Positions 27,033 to 37,530 of a stretch of 64,000 nt of DNA are shown piece by piece. Every line of letters starts with the position of its first letter. Positions within the stretch are counted from its first letter, which is position 1. A program made the translations under genes and the position numbers. The stretch comes from a bacterium (lineage in GTDB: Bacteria > Desulfobacterota > DSWW01): positions 5,891-69,890 of the forward strand of contig JBFLZG010000066.1 of the NCBI GenBank assembly GCA_040756235.1. The letters run 5' to 3'. The notes below the pieces were generated by a model that was not told the origin of the DNA, ran no database searches, and was given only the letters and a program-made list of their open reading frames with translations.

Positions 27033-30000
27033 ATGAAAAGAAAGCTGCTGGCCTCGCTCGTTCTGGTTGCCCTGGCAAAGGGGGCCTCTCTGGCAGCGGG
27101 CCCGGTCGACCGGCCCGACGTCACCCGGGATGCGCAGGTCGTTTCCGTCACCGGAGAGGGTTGGGTGCGATTTCTGGCCCAGGAACAATGGCTGGAGGCC
27201 TTTCGGGAACAAGTCCTCACCGCCGGAGACTTCCTGAGGACCGGCGATTACGGAAAAATGGGGATCCTGTTCGCCGACGGCATCCAGATCAAGGTCAGCA
27301 AGAGGACGACGCTCGTCATCAAAGAGGTCGACCGGCCGGCGGAGAAGAAAGCCACCGTGCTGGGGCTCGAGAAAGGTGAGGTCTGGAGCAGGGCCAAGAC
27401 GGTCCCCGAAGGCCTGAGGATCGAGACGCCCTCGGCCACCGCGGCGATCCGGGGCACCGACTGGGACCTGTCCGTGGACGAGAACGGCACGAGCACCGTG
27501 ACCGTCCTCGCGGGGAGCGTGTCTTTCTACAACGATTTTGGGGGCCTCACCGTCGAGCCGGGGCAGCAGGCCGTGGCCGAGATCGGAAAGCCTCCGGTAC
27601 GGACTTTTCTCGTCCGGCCAAGAGAGCGGGTCCAGTGGGTCTTCTCCTACCCGATGGACATGGTCGAGCTCGTGCCCTTCCGCTCTCACCGGAGGCAGGA
27701 GGCCCTGGCTGCCCTGCCGGGGGCGCGCGAGCGGGCGGAGCAGGATCCGTCCGACTTGGCTGCGAAGCTGTCCCTGGCCGGCCTCCTGTTCGACCTGAAA
27801 GAGAAGGGGGAGAGTCTCGAGCTCTTCGATGAGGTCCTCGCCGCGGAGCCCGGAAACCCCAAGGCCCTGGCCTTCCGGGGGCTCCTCGCCCTGGACCGGG
27901 GGGAGCTCGAGAAGGCGGAGGCGCTGTTCGAGCGCGCCGCGGCCGGTCCGGGACAGGATGCTGCTGCCCGGGTCGAGGCCCTCCTTGGAAAGGCGGGTGT
28001 CCGGATCCGTCAGGACGAGATCCGCCAGGCGGCGGACCTGATCGGCAAGCTCCAGAAGACGGAGCCCGCCAACCCCGTGGTCGGCGTGGTCGCCTCGGTC
28101 TTCGAGGCCTACCTGGGCCATTTCACCGGTGCGGTCGATCTTGCTGACCGGTATGCCGCGATGCACCCGAGCGACGAGCGCTTCCCGATCCTTGCGGCGA
28201 GCTTCTGGGTCGTGCTGGACGAGTTCGGAAAGGCGCGGGAGTCGGTGGCTCGCGGGCTCCTGCTGAACCCTGCATCCTCCCAGGGACACGCGGTGCTGGC
28301 CGGGATCGATCACCTGGAAGGGAAAGGGCCTGAGGCGGAAGCCGGCTACCGCAGAGCCGTCGAGCTGGATCCGACCAATGCCGGAGCGAGAAACGGGCTC
28401 GGCCTCGTCCGCATGGAGAAGGGGTACTTCGAAGAGGCACGCCAGCAAGTCTCCGAGGCCCTGGAGATCAAACCGGACAACCCGATGCTCTGGGCCAACC
28501 GGGGCGTCCTGTTCACCCTGATCGAGAAGCTCGAGCGGGCCCGGGAGGATTACGGCACGGCCCTGGAAAAGGACCCCACCCACTACATGACGCTCAATGG
28601 CCTGGGGCTGGTCGCCCTGAAGGAGGGCAGGACGGAGGAGGCAATCGAGTATTTCCTCAAGTCAAGCCTCATCGAGCCCCGCTTCGCCCAGCCCCACAGC
28701 TTTCTGGCCGTGGCCTACTACCAGCTCGGGAACATGCAGAAAGCCATGGATGAGCTCACCCTGGCCGAGCAGCTGGACCCCAGGGACCCTCTGCCTCACC
28801 TCATCGCCTACCTGATCCATCAGGACACCTACCGGCCCTTCGACGCGGTCCAGGAAGCCAGGAAAGTCCTCGACCTGCTCCCGTACATGAAGAGCGTCGA
28901 GGAAATCGAGAACACCAAGGCCGGCCTCTCCAACCTCGGGTCGGCCCTGCTGAGTTTCGGCCTGGCGGACTGGTCCGAGAGCTACGCGCAGGAGTCTTAC
29001 AACCCCTACAACGCATCGAGCCACTTCCAGGCTTCCAGGCGCTACAACGACAACCACTTCGTGGCCGTGAGCGAGCTGATCCAGGGGCTCCTCCTGGATC
29101 CCCTGGCCAACTCGGCGCCCACCCGGTACCAGGACATCATCCGGCGGCCCCGGTTCGACCTCACCCTGGCCGGCACCTGGGGCGATGAGGACGGCGGCTT
29201 CTCGCAGCAGTACTCGGGCATCGCGCAGGGGTATTTCCGGGAGCCTTTCGAGACTTCCTATTCGCTGGCCGTTCAGGGGTACGACCAAGAGGGTGCGGTG
29301 GAGAACGGGGCCTCTGACGGCGGCAGCCTCGCTTTCGGCCTGGGGGTCAAGCCGGATTACCGGAACGGCTTCAACTTCGGCTTCACGGCGAGCAAGGACG
29401 AGTCCGGGCAGCCGGGCCTTGCCTCGGAGCCGGACCCGGACGATGAGCTGAAGACGGACAACCTCTCGGCCGACCTGGGCTACCGCCACAGGTTCGGGCC
29501 GAAGAACGACCTTCTTGCCCGGGTCGCCTACGACCGCTGGCACTTCGACCTGGAAAACCCTTCACCTTTCGGGACCGGGCTGACGGATTTCCAGCTTTCC
29601 TTCCTGTTCGCCGGCTGGGACCTGGCGACGACAAGGGGTTTCTTTCGCCAGGGCGTCTATGACGTGACGGAGGTCGTGGGACAACCCCCTGACGCGACAC
29701 TGGTCACGGACTCGACCGGCACGGTGGGGGCGACCCCGGGCGTGATCCTTCTCCCTTCCGCGTTCCCCGCTTTCCTCGACAGCGACCCCCGGCGCCGCGA
29801 CGAGACCACGAACGAGGACCTCCCGGTCGAGCTCCGCCATCTTTTCAACGTGGGAGATCGGCACGAGTTCACGTACGGCGTCGAGTACATCCCGATCTGG
29901 ACCGAATACGAGGTGACGTTCAACGAATTCCGGGACACCGGGACCATCGACTTCTACGAGGAAGTCATTTTGGACCCGGAAGCGTTCGGCTGGACCTTTC

Positions 30001-30833
30001 CGCGGGTGACCCGGAGCGAGCGGAAGGACCGGACCACGAATGAGGGGAGGTTCCTCACCGCCTATATGGACGACCGGTGGAAGCTTTCGGACGCGGTGCT
30101 CGTCGAGGGGAGCGTGGCCTTCGAATCCTTCAGTGACGACGAAAACGACGACAACCGGTTTTACCCCAAGATCGGCATCGCCGTCCGGCCCCTGAAGAAC
30201 CACATCCTCAGGGTCGGCTACCAGCACTGGCTGGAGAAGGTCTCGGCCGGCACCCTGGCGCCCGTCACCACTGCGGGGCTCGTGGTGGACAACAGCCTGG
30301 GTCTTCAGGGCTCGCGCATCTACGACTACCAGGTGCGGTTGGAATCGAGGTGGACGGGCCGCCTCTTCACGGCCCTCGGCGGGGAGCGGGTGGAGCTGAA
30401 GGACCCGGACCTGGGCGAGGGAGTCCCCGGCCGCGAGCTGGCCTCCAACCGCGCCATGGCCTCGATCAACGCGATCCTGGCCCGGCAGCTCGCCCTGTTC
30501 CTGCGATACGCCTACACCGACGCGGACGGCACGGGCGGGTTCATCGACAGCCTTTCCATCCCTGGCGTTCCGGACCACATCGCCAACGGGGGCATCGTCT
30601 GGATCTCACCGCTGTACGTGAGGGTCATGGCTTCCGAGACTTACGTGGGGGAGCAGTTTGCCGACTACACCAACGAGGAGAAGATTTCGGATTACTGGAT
30701 GACGAATTTGTCGGCTGCTTGGGAGCCCTTCGACAAGCACGGGTTCGTCGGCTTTGCGGTGAACAACCTCTTCAACGCCGGCGCCCCGGCGCCGGGGCGG
30801 TCGATCTTCCTGACGCTGGAGTTTCGATTGTAA
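27033..30833 (+). CDS. FecR domain-TPR-outer-membrane beta-barrel (TonB-dependent receptor-like) protein
   Basis: Signal peptide; FecR motif TPSATAAIRGTDW; multiple TPRs; C-terminal barrel ending NNLFN..PGRSIFLTLEFRL. Confidence 0.85.
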   Translation: MKRKLLASLVLVALAKGASLAAGPVDRPDVTRDAQVVSVTGEGWVRFLAQEQWLEAFREQVLTAGDFLRTGDYGKMGILFADGIQIKVSKRTTLVIKEVDRPAEKKATVLGLEKGEVWSRAKTVPEGLRIETPSATAAIRGTDWDLSVDENGTSTVTVLAGSVSFYNDFGGLTVEPGQQAVAEIGKPPVRTFLVRPRERVQWVFSYPMDMVELVPFRSHRRQEALAALPGARERAEQDPSDLAAKLSLAGLLFDLKEKGESLELFDEVLAAEPGNPKALAFRGLLALDRGELEKAEALFERAAAGPGQDAAARVEALLGKAGVRIRQDEIRQAADLIGKLQKTEPANPVVGVVASVFEAYLGHFTGAVDLADRYAAMHPSDERFPILAASFWVVLDEFGKARESVARGLLLNPASSQGHAVLAGIDHLEGKGPEAEAGYRRAVELDPTNAGARNGLGLVRMEKGYFEEARQQVSEALEIKPDNPMLWANRGVLFTLIEKLERAREDYGTALEKDPTHYMTLNGLGLVALKEGRTEEAIEYFLKSSLIEPRFAQPHSFLAVAYYQLGNMQKAMDELTLAEQLDPRDPLPHLIAYLIHQDTYRPFDAVQEARKVLDLLPYMKSVEEIENTKAGLSNLGSALLSFGLADWSESYAQESYNPYNASSHFQASRRYNDNHFVAVSELIQGLLLDPLANSAPTRYQDIIRRPRFDLTLAGTWGDEDGGFSQQYSGIAQGYFREPFETSYSLAVQGYDQEGAVENGASDGGSLAFGLGVKPDYRNGFNFGFTASKDESGQPGLASEPDPDDELKTDNLSADLGYRHRFGPKNDLLARVAYDRWHFDLENPSPFGTGLTDFQLSFLFAGWDLATTRGFFRQGVYDVTEVVGQPPDATLVTDSTGTVGATPGVILLPSAFPAFLDSDPRRRDETTNEDLPVELRHLFNVGDRHEFTYGVEYIPIWTEYEVTFNEFRDTGTIDFYEEVILDPEAFGWTFPRVTRSERKDRTTNEGRFLTAYMDDRWKLSDAVLVEGSVAFESFSDDENDDNRFYPKIGIAVRPLKNHILRVGYQHWLEKVSAGTLAPVTTAGLVVDNSLGLQGSRIYDYQVRLESRWTGRLFTALGGERVELKDPDLGEGVPGRELASNRAMASINAILARQLALFLRYAYTDADGTGGFIDSLSIPGVPDHIANGGIVWISPLYVRVMASETYVGEQFADYTNEEKISDYWMTNLSAAWEPFDKHGFVGFAVNNLFNAGAPAPGRSIFLTLEFRL

Positions 30834-31002
30834 GGCGTCGCGGAGCAGGGACCGGACTCCGGCCTGCGCCGGGGTGACGGAAAAGAGCCAGCCGGATTCC
30901 GGCCTACGGGCCGTGTTCATTTCGTCATCCCGGCCCATGCTGAGTGGCGCGTGCGAGCCGGGATCCGGGAGCCTGCCCAAGAACGGCTGAAGAGTTTGCG
31001 CC

Positions 31003-32775
31003 TTGAGTCCTCTGAAACGACACCTCCTGCTGGGCTCGCTGACCGGGCTGTGCGCCGCGGCCCTCGGCCTGCTGCCGCCCTCGGAGCTCCTGGAGCTCAA
31101 GGGCTATGACCTCCTGCATGCTTTTCGAAAGCCCTCCCGGCCTGCCGCAGAGATCGTGATCGTGGCCATCGACGAGCCTTCCTTCGCGGAATTCGGCCAA
31201 CAGTGGCCGTGGCCGCGGAGCCTTCACGGCCGTCTGGTCGAGACGCTCGCCCGCGAGGGAGCGGCGGTGGTGGCGTTCGACGTGCTGTTCGCAGAGCCTT
31301 CGACGGCCGCGGAAGACGAGGCCCTGGCCGGCGCGATCCGGAGCGCCGGCAACGTCGTGTTGGCGTCCCACGTCGAGGTCCTGAGCGACAGGAACTATGC
31401 GGCCGAAATGGCGGTGGAGCCGATCGAACGGTTCAGGGAAGGCGCGTCCACGGGAATCGCCACCGTGCCGGTGGACCGGGACGGCGTGGTGCGCAGGTAC
31501 CAGCCCCTGGACAGGAGGGAGGTCTCGTTTGCGGCCGAAATCGGCCGTCTTTACACCGGGAAAGCGCTACGGGCGCCTGAGGGCGCGCACATCGCCTACC
31601 TGGGGCCGCCCGGCAGTTTCGCGGCCGTCTCCTACTACCAGGCTGCGGATCCGGGACGCTACCTGCCGCACGCTTTCTTCCGGGGGAAGATCGTTCTGAT
31701 CGGAAGGAATCTCAAGACCTCGCCGGAGCCGGGGCATTCCGGCCCGGATCTTTTCGCGACGCCGTTCCTCGCAGCCCGCAAGAGCCGGCTCATGGCCGGG
31801 GTGGAGATCCACGCGAACATGGTTCACGGGCTTCTCGAGGGGCGCTTCGTGGCGAGGCTCTCGCGCGCCCGCGCCGCGATCCTCTTCTTCGCCCTGGGGC
31901 TCCTGGGAAGCCTGCTGCAGGCCAAGTGGAGGCCCTTGCGAAGCGGCGTCCTGGCCGGGCTGGCGCTGGCAGGCTACTGGGCCGGTGCCTACGCCCTGGT
32001 CGAGGCGCACGGCCTGTGGGTCCCGACCCTGCTCCCGGTGCTTTGCTTTGTCGTCCCCTACGGGTCCTCGGGTCTCAACGCCTACCTTCAGAGCGAGCGC
32101 AAACGGCGGCAGATCCGGAAGGCCTTCGGTCATTATCTCTCTCCCGAGGTGCTCAAGGTGATCCTCGAGAACCCGGAGGGACTGCGCCTCGGGGGCGAGA
32201 AGGTGGAAGCCACGATCCTCTTCTCCGACATCGTGAATTTTACGACCCTGGCGGAGAGGCTCTCTCCGGAAGGGGTCGGGTCGTTTCTCAACCGCTACTT
32301 CACCGAGATGACGAAGATCGTGTTCGACTGCAAGGGGACCATCGACAAGTTCATGGGCGACGCGGTCATGGCCTTCTGGGGCGCGCCGGTGCCGGACGGC
32401 GAGCATGCCCTTGGCGCCTGCCGGGCGGCGGCCGCCATGCAGGAGCGCATGCGATCTCTCAGGGAAGAAATGAAGAGGGACGGCCTCCCCGAGCTGTTCG
32501 TGCGAATCGGCATCCACACGGGGGAGGTGATCGTGGGCAACATGGGCTCTTCCGAGCTCTTCAATTACACCGTTCTCGGGGACGCGGTGAACCTCGCCTC
32601 CCGTCTGGAGGGGGCGAACAAGGATTTCGGCACCTCGATCCTGATCAGCCGGTCGGTCTACGACAGGGCCGCCTCCGCTCTGCAGGCAAGGCCCCTCGGC
32701 AAGATCACGGTCAAGGGGAAGACAACGGAGGTCGAGGTGTTCGAGCTGCTGGGAGTCGCGCAGCCGCAAGCTTGA
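31003..32775 (+). CDS. CHASE2-domain class III adenylate cyclase
   Basis: IVIVAIDE..WPWPR, DRDGVVRR and GVEIHA; three TM helices; FSDIVNFT, DKFMGDA and YTVLGDAVNLASRLE (Lys/Thr ATP-specifying pair). Confidence 0.93.
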   Translation: MSPLKRHLLLGSLTGLCAAALGLLPPSELLELKGYDLLHAFRKPSRPAAEIVIVAIDEPSFAEFGQQWPWPRSLHGRLVETLAREGAAVVAFDVLFAEPSTAAEDEALAGAIRSAGNVVLASHVEVLSDRNYAAEMAVEPIERFREGASTGIATVPVDRDGVVRRYQPLDRREVSFAAEIGRLYTGKALRAPEGAHIAYLGPPGSFAAVSYYQAADPGRYLPHAFFRGKIVLIGRNLKTSPEPGHSGPDLFATPFLAARKSRLMAGVEIHANMVHGLLEGRFVARLSRARAAILFFALGLLGSLLQAKWRPLRSGVLAGLALAGYWAGAYALVEAHGLWVPTLLPVLCFVVPYGSSGLNAYLQSERKRRQIRKAFGHYLSPEVLKVILENPEGLRLGGEKVEATILFSDIVNFTTLAERLSPEGVGSFLNRYFTEMTKIVFDCKGTIDKFMGDAVMAFWGAPVPDGEHALGACRAAAAMQERMRSLREEMKRDGLPELFVRIGIHTGEVIVGNMGSSELFNYTVLGDAVNLASRLEGANKDFGTSILISRSVYDRAASALQARPLGKITVKGKTTEVEVFELLGVAQPQA

Positions 32776-32820
32776 CACCATCCTGACCCCTGCGCCATAG
32801 TTGAGCCGTGCACACGCACA

Positions 32821-32940
32821 CCGTTGGGGGTGCCGCAACGGGGGGACCTGCGGGAAGCAGGTTCCCGCGCAGGCCGGGCCTGCGGGGCTGAGAGCATACC
32901 CTTCGAACCTGACCTGGGTCATGCCAGCGTAGGGAAACGG
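32821..32940 (+). ncRNA. TPP riboswitch
   Basis: GGGGTGC...GCTGAGAG..ACCCTTCGAACCTGACCTGGGTCATGCCAGCGTAGGGAA; P1 CCGTT/AACGG; upstream of thi genes. Confidence 0.93.
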
Positions 32941-32973
32941 GACGAGATCCGCGCAAGCTGCGCAGGATGCGAA

Positions 32974-33003
32974 GCCGTTTCCTCCGGAGACGGCCTTTTT
33001 TTT
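32974..33003 (+). terminator. Intrinsic terminator (riboswitch expression platform)
   Basis: GCCGTTTCC-TCC-GGAGACGGC followed by a T-run. Its 5' arm is complementary to GGAAACGG at the aptamer 3' end. Confidence 0.8.
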
Positions 33004-33039
33004 CTGAAGATGCAGCCGAGAGCCCAGAGGTAGAACTTC

Positions 33040-34179
33040 ATGAGCATGAGCATCCCATCCGGGAAAAGCGTGACCATCGTCGGAGGCGGAGTCATCGGCT
33101 TGAGCATCGGCTGGGTCCTTTCGAAACAGGGCTGCGCCGTCACCATCTGGGAGCGCGGGGCGGCCGGGCGGGAGGCTTCCTGGGCGGCTGCCGGCATGCT
33201 TTCCGCCCTTGCGGAGGTCCATTTCGACGAGCAGGACCTGTTGCGTCTCGGTCTCGTCAGCGCCCGGATGTACCCGGAGTGGGTCGGGGAGCTGGAGGCG
33301 GCCAGCGGCATGTCCATCGGCTATCGGACGGACGGGACGCTCATCGTCGGCATCGATCCGGACGACGCTCGGGACCTGCGCCACCGCTACGAGATCCAGA
33401 GCCATTTCCAGCTCCGGGTGGAGTGGCTGCGCGGCGCGGAGGCCCGCGTGCGAGAGCCTTTGCTCTCCCCCAGGGTCACGGCCGCAATTTCCTGCCTGGA
33501 CGACCATCGCGTGGACAACCGCAGGATGGTCGAGGCCCTGAAGGTGGCCTTGCAGGCTGCGGGAGGCGTGCTCGAGGAGAACTGCCCGGTCGAGAAGATC
33601 GAGATCCGCAACGGCAGGGCGGAAGGGGTCTGGGTACAGGGAGAGCTCCGGGAGGCCCGGACCATCATCCTGGCCGCGGGCTGCTGGTCCGGCTCCATGG
33701 CGGGTCTGCCCGATGCGGTCCGGCCGCCGGTGCGGCCCGTCAAGGGGCAGATGATCGCTCTTCAGATGCTGCCCGAGTCGACGCTCACCAACGTCGTGCA
33801 GGCGCCGGACGCTTACATGGTGCCCAAGCAGGACGGCCGGCTGTTCATCGGCGCGACCTGCGAAGAGATGGGGTTCGACACGCAGCTCACCGCAGGGGGC
33901 ATGTTCGAGCTGCTGCGCGGGGCGTGGGAAGCCGTGCCTGGGATCTACGATTTCCCGATGGCCGAAACCTGGGTCGGACTGCGCCCCGGGAGCCGCGACA
34001 ACGCGCCCATCCTCGGGAAGACGCCGGTGGAGGGCCTGATCATGGCCACCGGGCACTTCCGCAAGGGGATCCTCCTGACGCCGGTGACGGCCCGGGAGAT
34101 CGCGGCGCTCGTCCTCACGGGGGAGACGTCCGAGCAGATCGCGCCCCTGCAGCTCTCGAGGTTCACGAAAGGCGCGTAA
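33040..34179 (+). CDS. thiO: Glycine oxidase ThiO
   Basis: [24 protein letters not shown] and GHFRKGILL; thi operon context. Confidence 0.9.
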   Translation: MSMSIPSGKSVTIVGGGVIGLSIGWVLSKQGCAVTIWERGAAGREASWAAAGMLSALAEVHFDEQDLLRLGLVSARMYPEWVGELEAASGMSIGYRTDGTLIVGIDPDDARDLRHRYEIQSHFQLRVEWLRGAEARVREPLLSPRVTAAISCLDDHRVDNRRMVEALKVALQAAGGVLEENCPVEKIEIRNGRAEGVWVQGELREARTIILAAGCWSGSMAGLPDAVRPPVRPVKGQMIALQMLPESTLTNVVQAPDAYMVPKQDGRLFIGATCEEMGFDTQLTAGGMFELLRGAWEAVPGIYDFPMAETWVGLRPGSRDNAPILGKTPVEGLIMATGHFRKGILLTPVTAREIAALVLTGETSEQIAPLQLSRFTKGA

Positions 34180-34385
34180 TGAACGTGACGGTCAACGGGG
34201 AGGAGCACACGATCGAGGCCGGATGCACGGTCCTGCGCCTCCTGAAGGAAGTCGGGATCGATGCCGCGCAGCCGGGCATTGCCGTGGCCCTGAACGGTTC
34301 CGTGGTGCCCAGGAGCGCCTGGCCGGAAACCGAGGTCCCGGCCGCAGCCGAGATCGAGATCGTGCGTCCCCTCCAGGGCGGCTGA
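34179..34385 (+). CDS. thiS: Sulfur carrier protein ThiS
   Basis: [24 protein letters not shown]; TAATG coupling with thiO. Confidence 0.93.
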   Translation: MNVTVNGEEHTIEAGCTVLRLLKEVGIDAAQPGIAVALNGSVVPRSAWPETEVPAAAEIEIVRPLQGG

Positions 34386-34411
34386 AGAACATGGGAGATG
34401 GAGGCAGGAAC

Positions 34412-35230
34412 ATGGATGAGCTCAGAATAGGAGATTGGACGCTGCGGTCGCGCCTGATCATGGGAAGCGCGCGCTATCCGAGCATGGACATCCTGCTGCG
34501 CTCCCTGGAAGCCAGCGGGACCGAGCTGGTCACGGTGGCCATCCGCAGGGTCAAGGTGCGATCCGACTCCGAGGAGAACGTGTACAAGATGCTGCGTGAA
34601 AGGGGTTTCAAGGTGCTGCCCAACACCGCCGGCTGCTACACCGCCAAGGAGGCGGTGCTGACGGCCCAGCTCGCCCGGGAATCGCTCGAGACCTCCATCA
34701 TCAAGCTCGAAGTCATCGGTGACGATGAGACCCTGTTCCCCGACGTCGAGGCCCTGCTGCCGGCCGCCGCTGCTCTGGTCAAGGACGGGTTCACGGTCCT
34801 GCCCTACTGCAACGACGACCCGATCACCTGCAAGAAGCTGGAGGAGATCGGTTGCGCGGCCGTCATGCCCCTGGGAGCCCCGATCGGCTCGGGCATGGGG
34901 ATCCGCAACCCTTACAACATCCAGATCATTCGGGAGAGGGCCCGGGTCCCGGTCATCGTGGACGCGGGCGTGGGGACCGCCTCGGACGTGGCGGTGGCCA
35001 TGGAGCTCGGCTGCGACGGCGTGCTGCTCAACACGGCCGTGGCCAAGGCGCGCCAGCCGGTCCTCATGGCCGAGGCCATGCGCAAGGCGGTGGAAGCGGG
35101 CCGCTCGGCCTTCCTGGCCGGCAGGATCCCGGTCAAGCTCTACGCGACCGCGTCGAGCCCGATGGAAGGACGCATCTCGATTCATCATGCCCACCCGGGG
35201 TCTTCGCCGAATCCCAAGGGGAGCGCCTGA
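34412..35230 (+). CDS. thiG: Thiazole synthase
   Basis: [26 protein letters not shown] and DAGVG. Confidence 0.96.
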   Translation: MDELRIGDWTLRSRLIMGSARYPSMDILLRSLEASGTELVTVAIRRVKVRSDSEENVYKMLRERGFKVLPNTAGCYTAKEAVLTAQLARESLETSIIKLEVIGDDETLFPDVEALLPAAAALVKDGFTVLPYCNDDPITCKKLEEIGCAAVMPLGAPIGSGMGIRNPYNIQIIRERARVPVIVDAGVGTASDVAVAMELGCDGVLLNTAVAKARQPVLMAEAMRKAVEAGRSAFLAGRIPVKLYATASSPMEGRISIHHAHPGSSPNPKGSA

Positions 35231-35291
35231 GGCTGTGGGGGCGGCCGTGCCGGGAGGTGGAGCGCTTGCCGGTGGTGGGGGCGACTGAAGT

Positions 35292-35539
35292 GCGATGGGT
35301 ATCCCGCCTCGTTCGTCTCGGGCTCGGAACGCTCCGGCCCTTCTCCTCCGGAGAGTCGGAGACCACCGCCCTTCGGGCGGGCGTACCTTTTCGTCCCTCG
35401 TCCCTGACCGGGTGTTCACGGGACACACGAGCCTGGCGGGTCCGATATTCGAGACACATGGCTGCGGTCCACCGGCCTGCGGGACTCGGGACGGCCTGCG
35501 CGACTCGCCCTCGCCGCTCTCGCGCGGGACACCCATCGC
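35292..35539 (+). repeat. ~245-nt structured repeat element, copy B
   Basis: Ends GCGATGGGTATCCCGC / GCGGGACACCCATCGC; homologous to 18326-18566. Confidence 0.75.
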
Positions 35540-35602
35540 CCTCAGTCATGGGCCTCGGCAGGCCTTCCGGGTGGCACGGAGCTCCATGAGAGAACCCGCG
35601 CC

Positions 35603-36250
35603 ATGACCCGGCTCAGCTTCCGGCTGTATGCGATCACCGACCGGACCCTTTGCGCGCCGACCCCGCTCCCCGAGGTGATCCGGAGACTGCTCGATGCGGG
35701 CGTCCGCGGGATCCAGCTCCGCGAGAAGGACCTCGATGATCGCGAGCTCGCCAAACTGGCCGCCGAGACCGCCGCCCTGTGCAGCTCCTGCGGGGCACAG
35801 CTCTTCGTCAACTCGCGCATCGAGATCGCCCTGGATGCGGGCGCAAGCGGGGTCCACCTGCCTGCGCACGGCCCCTCGGCGGCGGAAGCGATCGAGAAGG
35901 GCCGCGGCCGGCTGATCGTCGGCTGCTCGGCGCACAGCCTTGCGGAGGCAAAGGAGTGTGAGGTTGCAGGCGCCGACTTCGTCGCCTTCAGCCCCGTTTA
36001 CTCCACGGCCAGCAAGCCGGGGTACGGGCCGGCGGCAGGGCCCAAGCGACTGAGGGAGGTGGCGCGAGAAGTAGCCATACCGGTTCTGGCCCTTGCAGGG
36101 ATCACGCCGGAGCGGGTGGCCGAGTGCCTGCGCGCGGGAGCGCACGGCGTCGCGGTCATGTCCGGGCTGATGTGGCCGGACGGCGTGGAGGCCAGGGCCG
36201 CGCGCTATCTGAGCCGGATCGAAGCGGTGCTGGGAACCCTCGACGGCTAG
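35603..36250 (+). CDS. thiE: Thiamine-phosphate synthase (ThiE/TenI family)
   Basis: LYAITDR, IQLREK, GVHL, SAH, SPVYSTASK and ALAGI. Confidence 0.82.
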   Translation: MTRLSFRLYAITDRTLCAPTPLPEVIRRLLDAGVRGIQLREKDLDDRELAKLAAETAALCSSCGAQLFVNSRIEIALDAGASGVHLPAHGPSAAEAIEKGRGRLIVGCSAHSLAEAKECEVAGADFVAFSPVYSTASKPGYGPAAGPKRLREVAREVAIPVLALAGITPERVAECLRAGAHGVAVMSGLMWPDGVEARAARYLSRIEAVLGTLDG

Positions 36251-36301
36251 GAGGCTGTCCCCTGTTGTAGGGGCAGGGCTGCCCTGCCCGCCGACCGCCT
36301 C

Positions 36302-37252
36302 CTATCCGACCCTGATCTTCAAGTGCTCGAGAAGGTGGATGAGCTGGTCGTTTCTCTCGTCGATCCGTGTGTCGATCGATACCCCGCTGTAATCGTAGAA
36401 GCCCTTGCCCGTCTTGTAACCGAACTCTCCGGCCTCCACCTTCTTCTTCACGATCTCGGGAGGCGCGAGGCCGGGCTCGTCCAGGGCAGAGACGAGATAC
36501 AGGCAGGCCAGATAGAGGGTGTCCAGGCCCATGGAGTCCATGGCCTCGCACGGGCCGGTGAAGCAGTACCTCGGACCCAGGTGATGGGTCCACGCCTTGT
36601 CGATGTCCTCCATGGAAACGCCCTGCTCGAGCAGCTTCAGGGCTTGGGCGAACACCCCGAGCTGCAGCCGGTTGACGATGAAGCCCGGCGTGTCCGGCGC
36701 CACGATCGGAATTTTGTCGAGCTTCTCGATGAGGCCCCGGGTGACCTCGACGGTTTCTCCGGACGTCTTCTCGGCCGGAATGATCTCCACGAGAGGACGG
36801 ATGTGCGGCGCGAGCATCCAGTGGACGCCGATGATCCTTTCCGGCTTCCGGGCCGCGCAGGCGATGTCGGCGATGCGGATCGTGGAGGTGTTGCTCGCAA
36901 GGATCGACTGCTCGGGGCAGAGGGTCTCCACCTTGCCGAAGATGTCCCTCTTCAGGGCCGGGTCCTCGGGAACCGCCTCCACGACGAACTGCGCGTCCCG
37001 GACGGCCCGAGAGAGGTCGGTAGTCGTCTCGATGAACGACAGGGTCTCCTGGATCCCGTGAGAAGAAACCAGGCCTTTGCGCTGGAGCTGCTGCAGGTTC
37101 CTGCGGATCCTCTCGATGGCCTTGGGAAGCGCCTCCGGGACGAGGTCGAACAGGGTGACCTCGTAACACCTGCTGGCAAAGACCTGCGCGATTCCATGGC
37201 CCATAGTGCCGGCGCCGAGCACGCCGATCCGGCGGATCTCGGAAAGCTTCAT
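36302..37252 (-). CDS. 3-hydroxyacyl-CoA dehydrogenase family protein
   Basis: GAGTMGHGIA, EAVPE, ASNTS, PGFIVNR and [11 protein letters not shown]. Confidence 0.9.
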   Translation of the reverse strand: MKLSEIRRIGVLGAGTMGHGIAQVFASRCYEVTLFDLVPEALPKAIERIRRNLQQLQRKGLVSSHGIQETLSFIETTTDLSRAVRDAQFVVEAVPEDPALKRDIFGKVETLCPEQSILASNTSTIRIADIACAARKPERIIGVHWMLAPHIRPLVEIIPAEKTSGETVEVTRGLIEKLDKIPIVAPDTPGFIVNRLQLGVFAQALKLLEQGVSMEDIDKAWTHHLGPRYCFTGPCEAMDSMGLDTLYLACLYLVSALDEPGLAPPEIVKKKVEAGEFGYKTGKGFYDYSGVSIDTRIDERNDQLIHLLEHLKIRVG

Positions 37253-37530
37253 CTGCGCTCCCCCCCATTGGAGACTTACAGGGGCAACATAGTGGAGGGC
37301 ACGCTCGCCTGTCAACGATCTTCTTGATAAACAAGACTTTCTTTCATCGATCGCGAGGAATTGCTGGAACACGGAAGAGGGGGGCGAGGCATCCGGGCGC
37401 ACAAAATATGGTGGCAAAATTCGCCGGAAGTGCTTAGACTTTTCTGCTGAACCGATCGCGGCTTCGAGGCCGGCGGGGGGCTGGCCTGTCATCAGTTCTT
37501 GCGTGCTTTTCGGCAACCCGAGGCGGCGCC

